A stretch of DNA of 62,640 bases, filler included, from Choristocarpus tenellus KU-1152 (GCA_964200185.2; 14 parts of 14 records of this genome joined end to end with filler, not necessarily neighbours in it); one strand, 5' to 3'; shown: positions 25,788-39,027, numbered from the whole stretch's first letter. Translations and numbers: made by a program. The notes: generated from the letters alone by a model not told the origin.

Positions 25788-28159
25788 ATGGCATCTGGTT
25801 CGGGTTCCCAGATTGCTCGGAAGGAGGTTTCTGAATGGCTCAAGGTGGGCTGTATCAACTTGAAGGGGAGGCCCTCCCTTGACATGGTTCTCAACACCAG
25901 TTTTATGCCGTATTTCTCAGCATCCTATCCCCTCTCACCTCAAGGAAGGGTGTCCAGAGGAAGGCAATGGGAGTGTGATCCTGGGAGCATCTTTTCTTGC
26001 ACTTCTCTACTTTTGAATAGATTTTTGTTATGGAAGAAAGTTGGTGCTTCTCGTCCCAACTGCACATGAAATTTATGACCTCAACCTCGATCACGCAGAC
26101 CCAGCCGAAGGATGGGGGAGAGGGCACACGGATCGAGATCGACAGTGTCAAAGAGGAGGAGCGTACGATGGTGTTCAAGAACAACGATAATGCCTTCTCC
26201 ATCACTTTTCAGACCGACTATCCAAATTCCACGGACGAATACTTGGTGATTATACTGGCATTATATTGTCAAGATTCATGAGGGTGAAGGCAACTTCTCG
26301 TTATGTTTCCCTGATCTTTGTCGACTGTGTATTTTCCTCTGTCAAACCTAAAGTGAATACTGGGAGAAGGGATCGTTGTCTGGCATTACCCTCACCTTTA
26401 TGGTTGTACTGCTCTTTTATCGCAGGGCCAAAATATATTCCTTCCCATTGTTCCGCTCTTTGGAGATGTGTTCGGTCACCCCAACTCCATAATACTGCAG
26501 CCAATTGCCACAGACCCCCTACTTTCTTTTGCCCAGCTCTGTAGTTCAGGTTTGTCATTGAGGGTCTTGGAAAACCCCCAACACCACAGCGTCACCAAAA
26601 TAATGTTTGAATCGGTAGTCCATCCTGGAGCTACAGCAATGCATTTGCTGTGTCCCAATTTTACCTTTATAGCCAATGTTACATCACTTAAGTAACAACC
26701 GAAACTCGAACCTATCTACCCGGTTCCCTCTCAAGCCCGACGTCATATTGGTACATATTTACTGCCCCCCCCGACCACTTTAAACATTCTACAACCTCAT
26801 TCTACTCGGACATGTGGATACGCACTTCCTACACTGCCAGCCTCCCATCCTCTTTCAATCGTCCTGCACTGCACATACTCCCCCCTCCCCCCCACTCCCT
26901 CCCCGTGTTCTGTTGTTGATCTTTATTTCCCCTTGTTGTGTGAAACACACGATCTAATACACCGAATCTTCTTGCACTATTACAACTACAGTTTGTGGAG
27001 ACCGAATCCAAGGTGACTGTATTTGTCTCTGTGGTGAATGACCTGCGAGAGTTTATCTATGGGAAACCCACTTCCCTCACCATCACAGAAATTCTTGACC
27101 AGCTTAAGGTGAGAGGGGGTTAGGTTCGCATATGGATTTGGGGTTGGGTCAGGGTGACAGGAATTTAGAGGTTTAGGGTAGGGCTGTTGGAGAGGGTTGG
27201 GGCAGGGGCATGGTGTATGTGTGGTTACATGATTCGATGAAGGGAAAGGAGATACAGGAGTTGTTTGGACTGTGCTGCTGCCTTTTCAATGTTTGAGAGA
27301 AATCAGCTGTGATCTGAGGGTGCAGCTGGGATATTGAAGGAAGTACCCCATCGTTGTTGTGTTAGGTTGCGTTTTGGCTTAACTGTGATGATCATGGCAC
27401 AGGCTATTCATCCATTGCCCACAAACTCATATGGTCACACCCGCACTCTTGCATATACACACGTACGAGATGCATTTGCATGCATCCTGTCAACAGCGCT
27501 TGAGATTTTAGCTCTTGCCCCTCACATCTCTCTGGTAGTGAAGTTGTTGGAGGAGTACTGTTGTGTGACTAGGTTTAATGGTGCAACCTCTTATTTCTAT
27601 GCTCCATTCTCTCTCTCTCTCTCTCTCTCTCTCCCTTTCTTTCCTGACTGCCAACAGCATGTCCTGCTCAAGCGATTGAACAAGGAGAAGAACTATACTC
27701 AAACAGTCAACAACCAGAGCTCCAGGTACTGTTTTATACTTCAAAGACTGTTTTTACTGTGAGATAACGAGTATTTCATGGGTACAAGCATTTCCTTTTG
27801 ATAATTTTGTTTTTGATGTTGGCATGGCTTGGTGTTGTATGCACCCTGTGAGATACTACATGAAGTAGTCTAGATTCAAAAACAGATTCTGCTGGTGCTG
27901 CTATGTTTTCTGTGATGGAGTCAGAACGAGGTGAGGTGCTTTATTGTTTTGAAGGCACTTAAGTGAGTTCGTACGAATGTTTAGTAACCTCCCTACCTCC
28001 CCAACCCCCACCAAAGCGACCAATATTTGCGTCAGTAACGCCCTTTTCCTGTGATTGGCGTGACTTGCTACTGCTCTATTTTTTTTTGTCTGTTATGTTG
28101 TGCATGCTGCATGTCCTGACCGCAGCAGTAGCCACATGCCCCTTCCCCCTCCCCCCCTT
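25788..28159 (+). CDS. N-terminal part of an RWD/UBC-like domain protein
   Basis: Exons 25788-25844 (MASGSGSQIARKEVSEWLK), 26099-26245 (..RTMVFKNNDNAFSITFQTDYPNSTDEYL), 26992-27108 (FVETESKVTVFVSVVNDLREFIYGKPTSLTITEILDQLK), 27658-27725 (HVLLKRLNKEKNYTQTVNNQSS) and probably 28126 to the contig end. All GT-AG and in phase. FSITFQTDYP resembles the RWD F.I.FP..YP strand-turn motif (inference). Confidence 0.65.
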
Positions 28160-28259
28160 NNNNNNNNNNNNNNNNNNNNNNNNNNNNNNNNNNNNNNNNN
28201 NNNTTAATTAATTAANNNNNNNNNNNNNNNNNNNNNNNNNNNNNNNNNNNNNNNNNNNN

Positions 28260-28332
28260 ATTACATCAAAATGGCAACATTGGATTGTGTCCCCAAATGG
28301 ACGCGGCTCTACCCTCTAAGATACTTTCGCTC
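28260..28332. mobile_element. MITE family R2, terminal fragment
   Basis: Ends in CCCTCTAAGATACTTTCGCTC at a contig start. Confidence 0.75.
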
Positions 28333-28415
28333 ATACACCTTCCCGTGCACCACATACTTTTGAACGTGCCACTTTTGGAACATAAACTTTCCGAAAAATG
28401 AAACTGCGAAAAAAA

Positions 28416-28455
<40 letters not shown>

Positions 28456-29181
28456 GTATGTATATGTATGCGTGGTATTTTTTTTCGTCACAAGTTAGGT
28501 CTTACACATGGCATGAAAATATTTCGCTAGTGGTTACCCTACGACAGGACTTCTAGAAAAATTGATGGGAGCCATCCTTTGCTAGAGGGGAGTGGATATA
28601 TTTATGCACCTTTAACCTTCTGGCCGACACCCCATTTTCATGTCTGAAACACTGCTTGCCAACCCTCCTTATGAGGCTGTGGCTGCAGAAGAGTTGATGA
28701 GCATTCGTCCACACAAGCACTAAGTCGTCCTTCAGAGTGCTAGAAGTGCACGTAACTGAAGGCAGTCTCGAGGAGCCAAAACACTCGCACACCCTTCTAA
28801 GTTAGGATGGCTTTGGATGGTGGGTGGAAGAGGGTTTGAAGTCTCAGTCTCAAGATCCTAGACCTCCTACCGTAGGACCCAAATGCAAGACTTTCCACCA
28901 CAGCAAACAAAGTATGTTCACTTCCTGCAGTAATTATTTATATATGGTGGTAAAACGTTCTGGACCTTCAACCGTCTCAAGTTACTCTACCAGATTCAAG
29001 TAATCGACCAATCAAGAGTGATGTCCATTAAAAGATTATGTTTGTTTTGGGGCTAAACATAAACAGTCAATTTGGGTGGAATCTTTTCCAAAGTTAGGTT
29101 AAAATAACAATGTAAGTCAACCATAATTTGTAGAGTGTCTTGTGTATGCCCTGCATTGCCCCCAGTGTAAAACCTTGTCCT

Positions 29182-29364
29182 GACTCGAAATATCTCAGGG
29201 GGGTGGTTGGGAGTCTACACCAGGGTGTCAATTTGGACCATGAGCAGGAAAAGTGCACTTACATTATCAATCCGACATATGCAACCAAATCCCCCAAAAA
29301 TTGCGAAATGGAAAAATGGGCCCCAAATGGAGAGCCACCACCCCCCCCCCAGATACTTTGAGCC
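29182..29364. mobile_element. MITE family R1, full-length copy (183 bp)
   Basis: Imperfect TIRs GACTCGAAATATCTCAGGGG ... CCCCCAGATACTTTGAGCC. Flanks are TCCT / TCCC (possible 4-bp TSD with one mismatch). The interior matches 49336-49473, 31934-31995 and 41062-41100. Confidence 0.8.
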
Positions 29365-29425
29365 TCCCTTCAAGGTTTGCCGCAGTTTCAACTTTTATCT
29401 TTGACTCATTTGGGGCATGAAAAAA

Positions 29426-29684
29426 GACCCAAAGCATTTAGGAGAGTAGGAGTTTTGCCCTGTTTGTCTATTTGGGGCTTGGCTTCCCACAGGTTTTCTA
29501 TGCCCTTTTTCGGTTTCTGTGTGAACAAAGCTACCTAAAATGTGTATCACTATGAAGTTGTGTGTCCGGAGCAAGGATATTGACACCTGGTAACAAATAC
29601 AATAGCCAAAATTCATCAAAATCACAACATGGGATTTTATGACCCCAAACAGACCCGACCCTATCCCCTTAAGTGCTTTAGGTC
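29426..29684. mobile_element. MITE family R2, diverged full-length copy
   Basis: Termini GACCCAAAGCATTTAGG ... CCTTAAGTGCTTTAGGTC. The interior is collinear (inverted) with 38800-39027 and 44466-44724. Confidence 0.7.
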
Positions 29685-29960
29685 AACTTTGTTTTCCACC
29701 TCAATGTCTTGGCAATAGTTTCATTTGAATTGGGATATCTATTGGGACTGACTGTGGTGGTAACATGTATGCGTGGTTCAATGTGTGCGGCAGTTCCAGT
29801 TCAATCGTGGACATATTTGGAGCTCTGGGGCATCATCTTGGTGCTTGACCAATTGGCAACGCTTGCTCTAGCATAACCACGAGATCCTACAGCCTCCCCT
29901 TCCCCCATCTGACCTTGTGTCATTTCACTTATTCATGGATTTGTCCCTCGACACAAACAG

Positions 29961-31787
29961 GATGATCCACCAACACATTGAGGGAAAGGAGGGGATATGG
30001 GTGCCCCAAGATCCATCAATAGCACAGCTGAGACAGCTTATCACCGAGTATTGTGTTTTACCTATCGGCCCACAGCAGGTGTGTAACAGCAGCATGGTGG
30101 AAGAGAAAGCGATGGGGATGACATTGCTCTAGGGACCTTAAGATTGGGGTTGAGGTCGAAGGGATGGATGTAAATCAATGATTTATTCAGAATCACATTG
30201 CAGTTATTAACACCATTCAGAACAATGTCCCATATCAGCCTTTAAATATCAACAGTAAGCAGAACTTCAAGTATTTCAAAGTGAATCAGTTCTTCTTAAG
30301 CAGAACACTCTCCCCACTTGTTCTGAATGGTTTAAATCCTACTGTACTCCGTACCTGCCCTCCTCATCTCAATGTTGGCGTGTCGAGTCCAGAATCTACA
30401 CTTTCTGATATACTAGAGTATATGGATGTGCTCTGAACTATCATCAATAGAGTATAAGTTTGAAAAGTGTGTGTCGTCTCCTCTCTCCCTTCTGGAATAT
30501 CCCACAGCTCAAAGCTTCTCTTCAACCGGAGTATGACATCAAAGCAGTGATGCTCTACGGTCCGAGAGGGGCAGGCAAGACGATGATGGTTGAGGCCATT
30601 GCATCTGAGGTAAGGCATGTACATGTGTAAAAAGACACGTACATGAGAGCCCCCCATATATACATTGATAGGTGGAACAATCTCTTCTGTAGCCACACCG
30701 AGAAGAGGTGAGAGGTGCAACAAAAATGACTACTTCAGGCTACCAAGTCTGGTGCAGTACCAAGGTTGCACCACCTCATCCTTCTCTCACCAAGAGCTCT
30801 TGTGTCCAAACCCGACCCAGTACCTGATACATCGATTATTGTCTTCCAGAAGGGGGGGGGGCTAGCCTAAATAACAAATCAAGATGTGAGGTCAATCCAG
30901 TTCTTCCAGTATATGAGACCAAATGACTATGACAAATTGATCCTCTCTTACCAGGTAGTGAGATGATTGAAGAAGTGATGAGACGTCATGATGCATTGCC
31001 TAATAAACCCACCCATATGGTGACCTCATTACAAATGACACCCCAACCCAGCCCTGAAACCAACACTCGTATCAAGCACATCCCCAACACTTCTTTGCAG
31101 CTTGGGGCAATGGTAATCAATCTCTCCCCCAGTCGCGTAAGAGGCCTTTTCCCAGGAAAAAATGGGCCAGTCAAGCTCCTCCACATGGCCTTCACCGTGG
31201 CCAGAGACAAGTCCATGTCACCAGTCGTTATCTACCTCGATGATTGTGATCAGGTATGCGCTCTTATGCCTGACTTCTCCTCCTACCCTGTCTTCCTCCA
31301 AACACTCCCTTTTTCACTACAGGTGTGAGGATCACCATGCACATTCCACAAACTTTGATACCAATTCCTAAATGTTCAGATCACGAGTTGCAATGGATAG
31401 CACCAGCGGCACCCAAATCAGTCAACTTACTTTCGATTCAAACAGAAAAACGACTGCCTGTATGCTTATGCACGTACCTTGCCTCATTCAGAACAAAAGT
31501 AACACCAATGTGCAATTGTTTTGTCATAGGGGCTCAGTTTTCGGTGGTCAAAGTCACCATGTTGGTTGATGCTTATACATCTACCCGTTTTAAGCTTGGC
31601 AAGTTATTCAGCGGTTGTTCCATTACCACATGTCCTTGGTCTTGTCTCCACCTCTCCTGACTTCTCTTCCTGCTTTCAACTTTAGATATTCGCCAGCGGA
31701 GGTAAGAAAGGGAAGTCGGTGGACAAGGAGGGACCCTCTAGATTGAAGAAGGACATCATCACATACAAGAACCAAGCCCTGCAGCCA
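29961..31787 (+). CDS. IQCA1: IQ and AAA domain-containing protein 1 / dynein regulatory complex subunit DRC11, partial (4 exons)
   Basis: Exons 29961-30078 (..PQDPSIAQLRQLITEYCVLPIGPQQ), 30508-30609 (..KAVMLYGPRGAGKTMMVEAIASE, Walker A), 31101-31253 (LGAMVINLSP..FPGKNGPVKLLHMAFTVA..PVVIYLDDCDQ, Walker B region) and 31686-31787 (IFASGGKKGKSVDKEGPSRLKKDI..). All GT-AG, phase 0. Confidence 0.88.
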
Positions 31788-31933
31788 GTACGTTCCTTGT
31801 ATCATAGATTGTTATCAACCATACAGTTATTTAATCCATTTGTACGTGTTATTCTGTTAAAGGCAAATGCTGTGTACTTCCAAACAGAAGAAACTTCAAA
31901 GTAATGTGATGAGGTTGAAAAATCCTTCCTCTA

Positions 31934-31995
31934 GGCTCAAAGTATCTGGGGGGAGGGGAGGGGGGGGGTCTACACCAGGGTGTCAGTTTGGGCTC
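31934..31995. mobile_element. MITE family R1, terminal fragment at contig end
   Basis: GGCTCAAAGTATCTGGGGG..GTCTACACCAGGGTGTC matches the left part of 29182-29364. Confidence 0.8.
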
Positions 31996-34989
31996 NNNNN
32001 NNNNNNNNNNNNNNNNNNNNNNNNNNNNNNNNNNNNNNNTTAATTAATTAANNNNNNNNNNNNNNNNNNNNNNNNNNNNNNNNNNNNNNNNNNNNCGTCT
32101 TGCCCGGTGATTCTCTTCGCCACCCTTGCCTGAGTGAACCACGCCGCCACAGAATCACACGATTCACATATAGTATCAAATGAATTCTACGTACGTATCA
32201 TTTATATTACTATTACTATTACTATTACTATTACTATTGTTCCACATATTTGGTTATTTCTACATCTTTGGGGTTTTGTCGACTCTTTTTGTTACCCCTA
32301 ACCTCTTACAAAATATAAATTGATAGTAAAATGATATATATGCATAAATATTGTTGTAGTAATCTCTATAAATCATTCAATTTCTCATCTCCTGTTTGAA
32401 TTTTTTTGAAGTGGTAAAATTGGAAGATCCAAAACAAAGTTCCAGATATTTTCTAAATCTATTTTCACTTTCACTCATTCCCATTCCTTTTTGTGTTTTG
32501 ATAGTATATTTTTCATACTTAGTAGTAAGTTCTGACACATTATTTTGATTTCGATTTGTTTACTACTCAATAACTATTCGGAAATAATTATTTCCTTATA
32601 GTTCGATTGGTATTATGAAGGGATAGAAGATACGAATCTTGCATTTTTTTTCGTGAACGAGGAGTTCTTTCTCAAATAGTATTACTCGTCAAAACATCAA
32701 TTTGAGACACAATATTCTATCTTTTCTTGATTGTACTTGATACAGAAATATTTCGAACTACTACAAATATTTCTTCCATGATATATAGTCTTATGTACAA
32801 TAGAAGATTGGTATGAAAGATAAAAATTCATTCAGAAGCATAATTAGGTTGATTGGTGGTCTAGTAATAAAAACATAATGGAAGTCATTAAAAAAAAAAC
32901 AGAGATGAGATGACACATTTCTCACTTTTTGTGGTTAACAACAGGTAGTTGACTTCCCACCAATCATACAAACAGCATTGTGTACACAGTATCTACTCAT
33001 CGTCTTGGGAAATGGAGACTGAAGGCTGGAGACTGGGGTCGTGAGCAGGTGTATGAAGTGAAGTAATCGTTGCTTTTCGGACAGCGGCACATCTTGTTCA
33101 ACTTGAGGGCCTCTTATCAGTCTTCGCTAGTACCAGTACCCTGAGCAATTCGCGAAGCTTTGTTCAGGAATGTATTTCGCGCTTCTATCCACGAGAATGT
33201 TGCCAGGGGCAAAAACATATCTTGATTTCAAGTGAGCAGATATGTTGCGTGCTCAACTTAGTGTACACCTGAAGAATCCATGGTCATCGGCTGACAGGTG
33301 TGATAAGAATACTGGGCTTCCGCATTCATCGAATCTCATCTGCACTGTCCGATTCGAGGTATGTCTTTGTGGTTTTGTCCGTTGTTTCACCGATTGTACA
33401 TCAGCAAGAGTAGCGTGTGTGCACAACCCATGGAAACCTCTTCTTCTTAGTGCAATGTTTATGTTGGTTGTACATAAAGACTTCAAACTGGAGGTGTCAT
33501 TCTTAGGCATATAGGGAGTACATCTTCGTGATGCTAATGGGATATTGTGCAGAAGCAACGGGCGAAGACATCCGTACCCTTGGTCTTTTCTTCGCATTGC
33601 CTTTCGACATGCGATCATCCCTCATCATTTGTGTAGCTATTCCTTTTTGCTACAGGGGAAAGACTTCCCCACACCATCTCTTTGTACGACGTAGTTCAAC
33701 AATCTCAGGGAATGCCTTGAGGAAAATGCCCCGTGTAACCTCCACAAACTGCGCAAAGTTTAATTTGATTCGTGGGGAGCGGTGAATACTTTGGTGGTGC
33801 TCTTATGGACGCCTTTGGTCTCCTCACCTACTTTGAGGATCAAGCCGGATCAGAGATTGAGAGACTTGAAGGTGAAGAGAACTTCGGGCAGTGACGAACG
33901 GAATTGGACATGCTTCAGCAACACCACAACACCCTCCAAACAGTACTTGGCCACCTCGAGCACTTGCAGATGCTGTGTTAGCAGACCATAAAGTTTGTGA
34001 TTCAGCAGACACAGTTTATTGATTTGACTTCCACAACACATGCAGAGTTCAGCGCTACTTACGATGATGGCAGGTATCCAACAAACTTAAACATGGCATG
34101 TGCTCACCTGCCCACACACCACATTCTGGCGACTACTGAATTGCTGACAATATTCAAAAGTCTGTCATTGGTAATGCCTATCTGCCGACGGGAGTCAGGA
34201 AGAAAATGGTGATAGGAGGAACTTTAACGAGGAAATGAGATATTTTGACCTAAACGAAAAGCCATCTAAAGACAAAAGACCATAATAAATTATGTCTCGT
34301 GCGTTTCGACCAAGGACCAAGATTCCCGCCGCGATTTGCCTGAATTTTGTTTTCACTCCCACCAATTTTTGAGAAGTTGTTACCACAATATCATTAAATC
34401 GAAAATCTATGCAATACATTGATTCATATCAAGCATTGTTCAGACATATGCTTCATATCACCATTCAGATCATGTGTGCAGAGTAAGTGGGGTATTAAAC
34501 TGTCTTGTATGTTTGCATCTCTCGAATAACCTAGTGTTATCCTTAGGTTATCTGTGCTGACCAACTATACATTATAGGTTTTGTGTACGTTGATTCTTAG
34601 TTCGGTACAATTCAAAGTAGTGACATGCACAGCGGTAAGTTATGGTGGGCCAATGGGACATTACAAGTGGTATAGTGGAGCAATAGCAGTACTACAGTAA
34701 TAGTAGACACTAAGGGGACAATACCCTGCGGACATTAAATAACTCAGTGTATGTTTTACCATGTAATTCAACTACTAGCTTTCGGCGACGAGTCCCGCCC
34801 ATGCGCCAAGCTTCTCAACACGCTTAAGCGACTAATCCAAACTCTAGCTAGGGGAGGTGCAGTCAGACTGGTTTGGTTTGAGCTGGTATTACATCACTCA
34901 TGGCCTCAGATGGGATCCACACCAAACTCCTTCAACTTGCGGATGACAACTACGGAGACTAGACTGGTTCGCTACAACCCGGGCATTTT

Positions 34990-36928
34990 GGGGGGTGAAG
35001 GGGGATATTGATGAGGCATTGGAGCATAGAAGGGAACCCATCAGAGTGGGTGACATTGAATTTACTAAGGAGGAAGATATCAGTGAAGAAGAGGTCACCA
35101 AGGCCAAGAAGGTTTATTACGTCCTACTAAGGAGCACCAGTGGGATTTACCGGTGTATTGTCCGTAATGCAGTCTCACCTTCAGGAGCCTGGGAACAGCT
35201 ACGTGAACACTTCCTTATTCAATCAGATGAGGAAATAGCCAGACTTCAAAGGAAAGTAATGACTATCAAAATGCCAAGCTTCTTTAATTTTTCTGCTGTT
35301 TTATTTAGTAAGATTTTTATTGTTTGATATTGTTTGTCTGTTTCCATAGAGACTACTCTTGTGATGTGTGTGAGTAATGACTCTATTAGAGTGTTAGCGG
35401 ATGAGCTCTCTCCAGAACCCAAGATTGTAAGGGCAGCACGTAGCTCTCCCGAATGTGATTTAGGGGATCGAGCTAGAGCAGAAGAGATGTCAGGTTTGTT
35501 GTTGAATAATGTTTGGGTGGAGGCCGTATTACCCCGTGGATGCAGGTCAATAGACACTAAATGGATTCACGAGCGTAAGAAGACGAAAATTTTAGTGCGG
35601 TAGTTAGATACAAGGCACGTTTGGTAGCAAAAGGTTTTCAACAAATTGAGGGTTTAGATTACCAAAATACCTTTGTGCACCAACACTGTCCCCTGTGTCT
35701 TTGAAAGTGGTATTAGCATTAGCTGCAGACAAAGATTGGGAATTGAAGCATTGGGATGTGAAAAAAGCTTTTATCCAAGCAGACATTAGTGAAGAGATTT
35801 TGTTCGTTTATGTGATGGATGTGATACATGGTCTGGAAAGATTGTGCGTTTAGTCAAGGCACTTTATGACACCAAACAGACAAGCAGGGAGTTTAATAAT
35901 CTGTTGGTGCACGTTTTGAAACAGTGTGGTTTTGAGCAATGCAGAGCAGATCCCTGTGTGTTACGCTATGTAAGAGATGGCGTTGTTTGTGCTGTGATAG
36001 TCCCCCCACGTAGACAAACTTTTGGTAGCTGGTGTAAAATAGATGTTTTGATTTGAGTTCGCTCTAGGATTAAGGAGCAGTTTTCCATAGAAGATTTTGG
36101 TGATCTTGAGTATTATATGGGTTGTGAGATTTTACGTGAGAGAACTGCACAGACCGTCACCATCAGTCAGACTAGGTACATTAAGAGTGTCAAAAATTTG
36201 GTATGGATGGGGCAAAGAAGAGGTCGGTACCCCATGACCTCTCAAGGACTCTAGACAAGAGTGAGAATCATCCAAGTGTATATGAAAATGCACCGTACAG
36301 AGAGGCAGTTGGTAGTCTGATGTGGGCATCTGTTATGACCAGGTTTGACATTGCAAATGCAGTTCGTGAAGTTGCCAAGTACAGTGGCAATCCCAAAGTC
36401 ACACATTGGTGTGCAGTGAAATGTATTTTAGCATATTTGAATACGTGTCCCAGTGTTGGATTGAGGTTTGGAGGTTTTGATACTGAGTGTGAGTTGAGTG
36501 CGTATGCTGATGCTAGTTACGCTGGAGACTGGAATGATCGTAGATCAGTGACTGGACGAGTAATATCTTGGATGCCAAAGGTACAAAGAGTTGTAGCTCT
36601 GTCTTTATTGGAGAGTGAATACATAGCTCTTAGCAGTGTGGCACAAGAATTACTTTTCTTGAGAAGCGTCTTTGAGTTCATTCAGCCAAAGCTTCCTAGG
36701 CGTTGCATTGATTTGTTTGAGGATAACGATGGTGCATGCAAACTAGTACAAAATGCCACAAGAACAAAGCACATTGATGTCCGACATAATTTTCTGAGGG
36801 ACTTGTCTAGAAAAAGAGAAATTCGTGTTGTTTTTGTTGGTACTGCAAATCAGAGGGCAGATGTATTGACCAAGAATTTGCCAGTTCGAGTTTTTAGACA
36901 ACGTATGAAGGTTTTGATGAACATGTGA
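34990..36928 (+). mobile_element. Degenerate Ty1/Copia LTR retrotransposon (gag fragment, RT, RNase H)
   Basis: Gag-like SPSGAWEQLREHF. RT motifs DTKWI, RYKARLVAKGFQQIEGLDY, HWDVKKAF, LVKALYDTKQ and PYREAVGSLMWASVMTRFDIANAV. RNase H motifs YADASYAGDWNDRRSVTG, ESEYIAL, EDNDG, TKHIDVRHNFLR and QRADVLTK. Several frameshifts and stops. Confidence 0.93.
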
Positions 36929-37087
36929 GACAACTGTTCGATTAGACTCTTCCAACTCTATCGGACAGTTACGGTAAATTATGTATGNNNNNNNNNNNNN
37001 NNNNNNNNNNNNNNNNNNNNNNNNNNNNNNNTTAATTAATTAANNNNNNNNNNNNNNNNNNNNNNNNNNNNNNNNNNNNNNNNNNNN

Positions 37088-37148
37088 GACAGCTGACCTG
37101 ATCATCTCTTTTTTTTCCCACCCACCCCCCCCCCAGATACTTTGGGTC
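37088..37148. mobile_element. MITE R1-related terminal fragment
   Basis: Ends in CCCCCAGATACTTTGGGTC. Related ends occur at 40821-40870, 41062-41100 and 44109-44129. Confidence 0.65.
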
Positions 37149-37799
37149 AACGCAAGGAGCCATCATACATACTATTAATGCCGACTCAAACTTCAAAAAG
37201 CAACACACAATATTCCCAACGACAACAATATTTCCCTCACCAGTCATGAATAAGCGCTCCTTGAACTCCTCATAAAATGTCAGCAGAGCCAAATATATTC
37301 CGTGCAGCAACTGGCATGCGTTCCCAAGTGATATGATATTACACTGTCAGGAGCCTAGAGATAAGGCAGCGTTAAGGGTGGCCATAACCTTGAAAGGTGT
37401 GAGAAGTCGAGACAGTATTGGGTATGGGACAAATCACGATTATGTAAGTATTAACCGCATAGAGAAGTAACAGCCTGAAACCGAAATATTTTATAGTCCT
37501 GCACGAAGAGGGTCAACAATGATAAAATAATTTAACTATTTCTCCATATAGTGATAAAAAAAGATACTGACGTAACTGGAAGCATCCCCATGCAACAGTA
37601 TTTAGGGCTGAATAGATTCCACATACTGCTTCAACGCAACACCGCACTATAGCCAACACATCAGTCTTGCCTTAAGACTGTTTCAAGGTGTACGTGTCGG
37701 TAAAACCACTCCTTAAAGCAGACATTTTGAAACCTGCATCTCCAGAAGGTGCGCGGAGGTAATTTCAAGTCGACCACTATTTCACAGTCACAAAGAAGC

Positions 37800-38200
37800 G
37801 ATATATACTCCAGAGTAAACATACTGTATCACACCCCAAATCAGGCAAAATAAATATGTGGAAGGCGCCACAATGAAGAAAAGGAGCACATTTCAATTCA
37901 TTCTGGGTCGACCCTAACAATTGGAGGGTGGGGAAGGGGGGAGGGGGGTGAAATGCTCGCCTGACAATGGGGTACAGAAGTGCCAAAGCTGTTGAAATAG
38001 TCACTAAGGCTTTATCCAATACGTTTATCATCAGGGGGAAAATTCCCTGACCACGCAACAACAAGCAGCGACAAGGAGGATGTAAGGTGAAGAATTGGTA
38101 CAAGATAAGCCTGAACTCAAGCCTGTCGTCATTAGCAAAATACTGGAAAATTCGTACTGTGAACATTTTCCCAGCTTACCATAAGGCCAGATTTCTGTAG
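37800..38200 (-). pseudogene. Possible highly decayed Penelope-like reverse transcriptase fragment
   Basis: Frameshifted traces resembling GTN.AV..AN (TNFPV/YFAN), LEF and CAPFLH (compare PFLD). Motifs are weak and no YxDD is seen. Confidence 0.2.
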
Positions 38201-38799
38201 TAGACGGGAACTGATGTGAAACCCGATCCCACAAGGAGAAGGAATGCAATGTGATTGCGCTCCTGGAAGAAGATGGGAGGGGGAGAGGGCAGACACGGCA
38301 ATGTCTTGTTGGAGAGACTACAGTATTAGATCGGTACCTATGGTTTTTATCACCAATTCACTGTCCTTAACGTTCGCCCTTAAACCTAAGGGGACCTCAA
38401 GAAGTGTGTCATGAGTGGTTAGCTTCTCTACCTTAACATGACCCGTTGCATACCCCTCTCACCGGTATGAGCCAGGGGAAGGTACGCTTTGCCCTAGGGA
38501 AGAACGCCACAGTTAACCGCATGGCACGGGAGATGTAGGACATCAAATATACTGGGATGGCAACAAAAACGACCTGCTCTGCCCAATCGAACCAACACCC
38601 ATGGGGAAGTTGAGGAAAGAACAGAGGGACAGACAATATCCAAATAGAGGCAGGGTGAGGATCCACTTACAATGAGCGATACGTGAGGCTGGGAGGATGC
38701 ACGAATCGAAGAAGAGTACAACAGGAGGTTAATTGAACTCTGGATGCTGAGCCGATCTTCGATTAATGCACTTGATTTTTCCTTACCCCTTTCATTCAT

Positions 38800-39027
38800 G
38801 AGTGAAAGTATCTTAGAGGGTTAGATACGCGTAAGTTTGATGTAATTCTGGCTATCATGTTTGTTAAGAAGTGTCAATATCCTTGTTCCAGACATACCAT
38901 TTCATAACATACATTTTACCTACTCAAACATATTTCGGAGCAGGTAAAATGTCGTAAAACCTGTGGGAATCCAAGTCCCAAATGGACAAACAGGGCAAAA
39001 CTCCTGTCCTCTAAGATACTTTCACTC
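38800..39027. mobile_element. MITE family R2, full-length copy with perfect 20-bp TIRs
   Basis: GAGTGAAAGTATCTTAGAGG (38800-38819) and its exact reverse complement CCTCTAAGATACTTTCACTC (39008-39027). 228 bp, non-coding. TSD not resolved (TCAT / TATC). Confidence 0.9.

Noticed and set aside
11309-31787. Apparent cluster of flagellar/cell-division genes (RSPH14, IQCA1, Aurora)
   Set aside because: They lie on different contigs separated by artificial spacers, so no linkage can be inferred.
32940-34200. Coding-like stretch upstream of the Copia element
   Set aside because: Stops in all frames and no motif I can assign with confidence.
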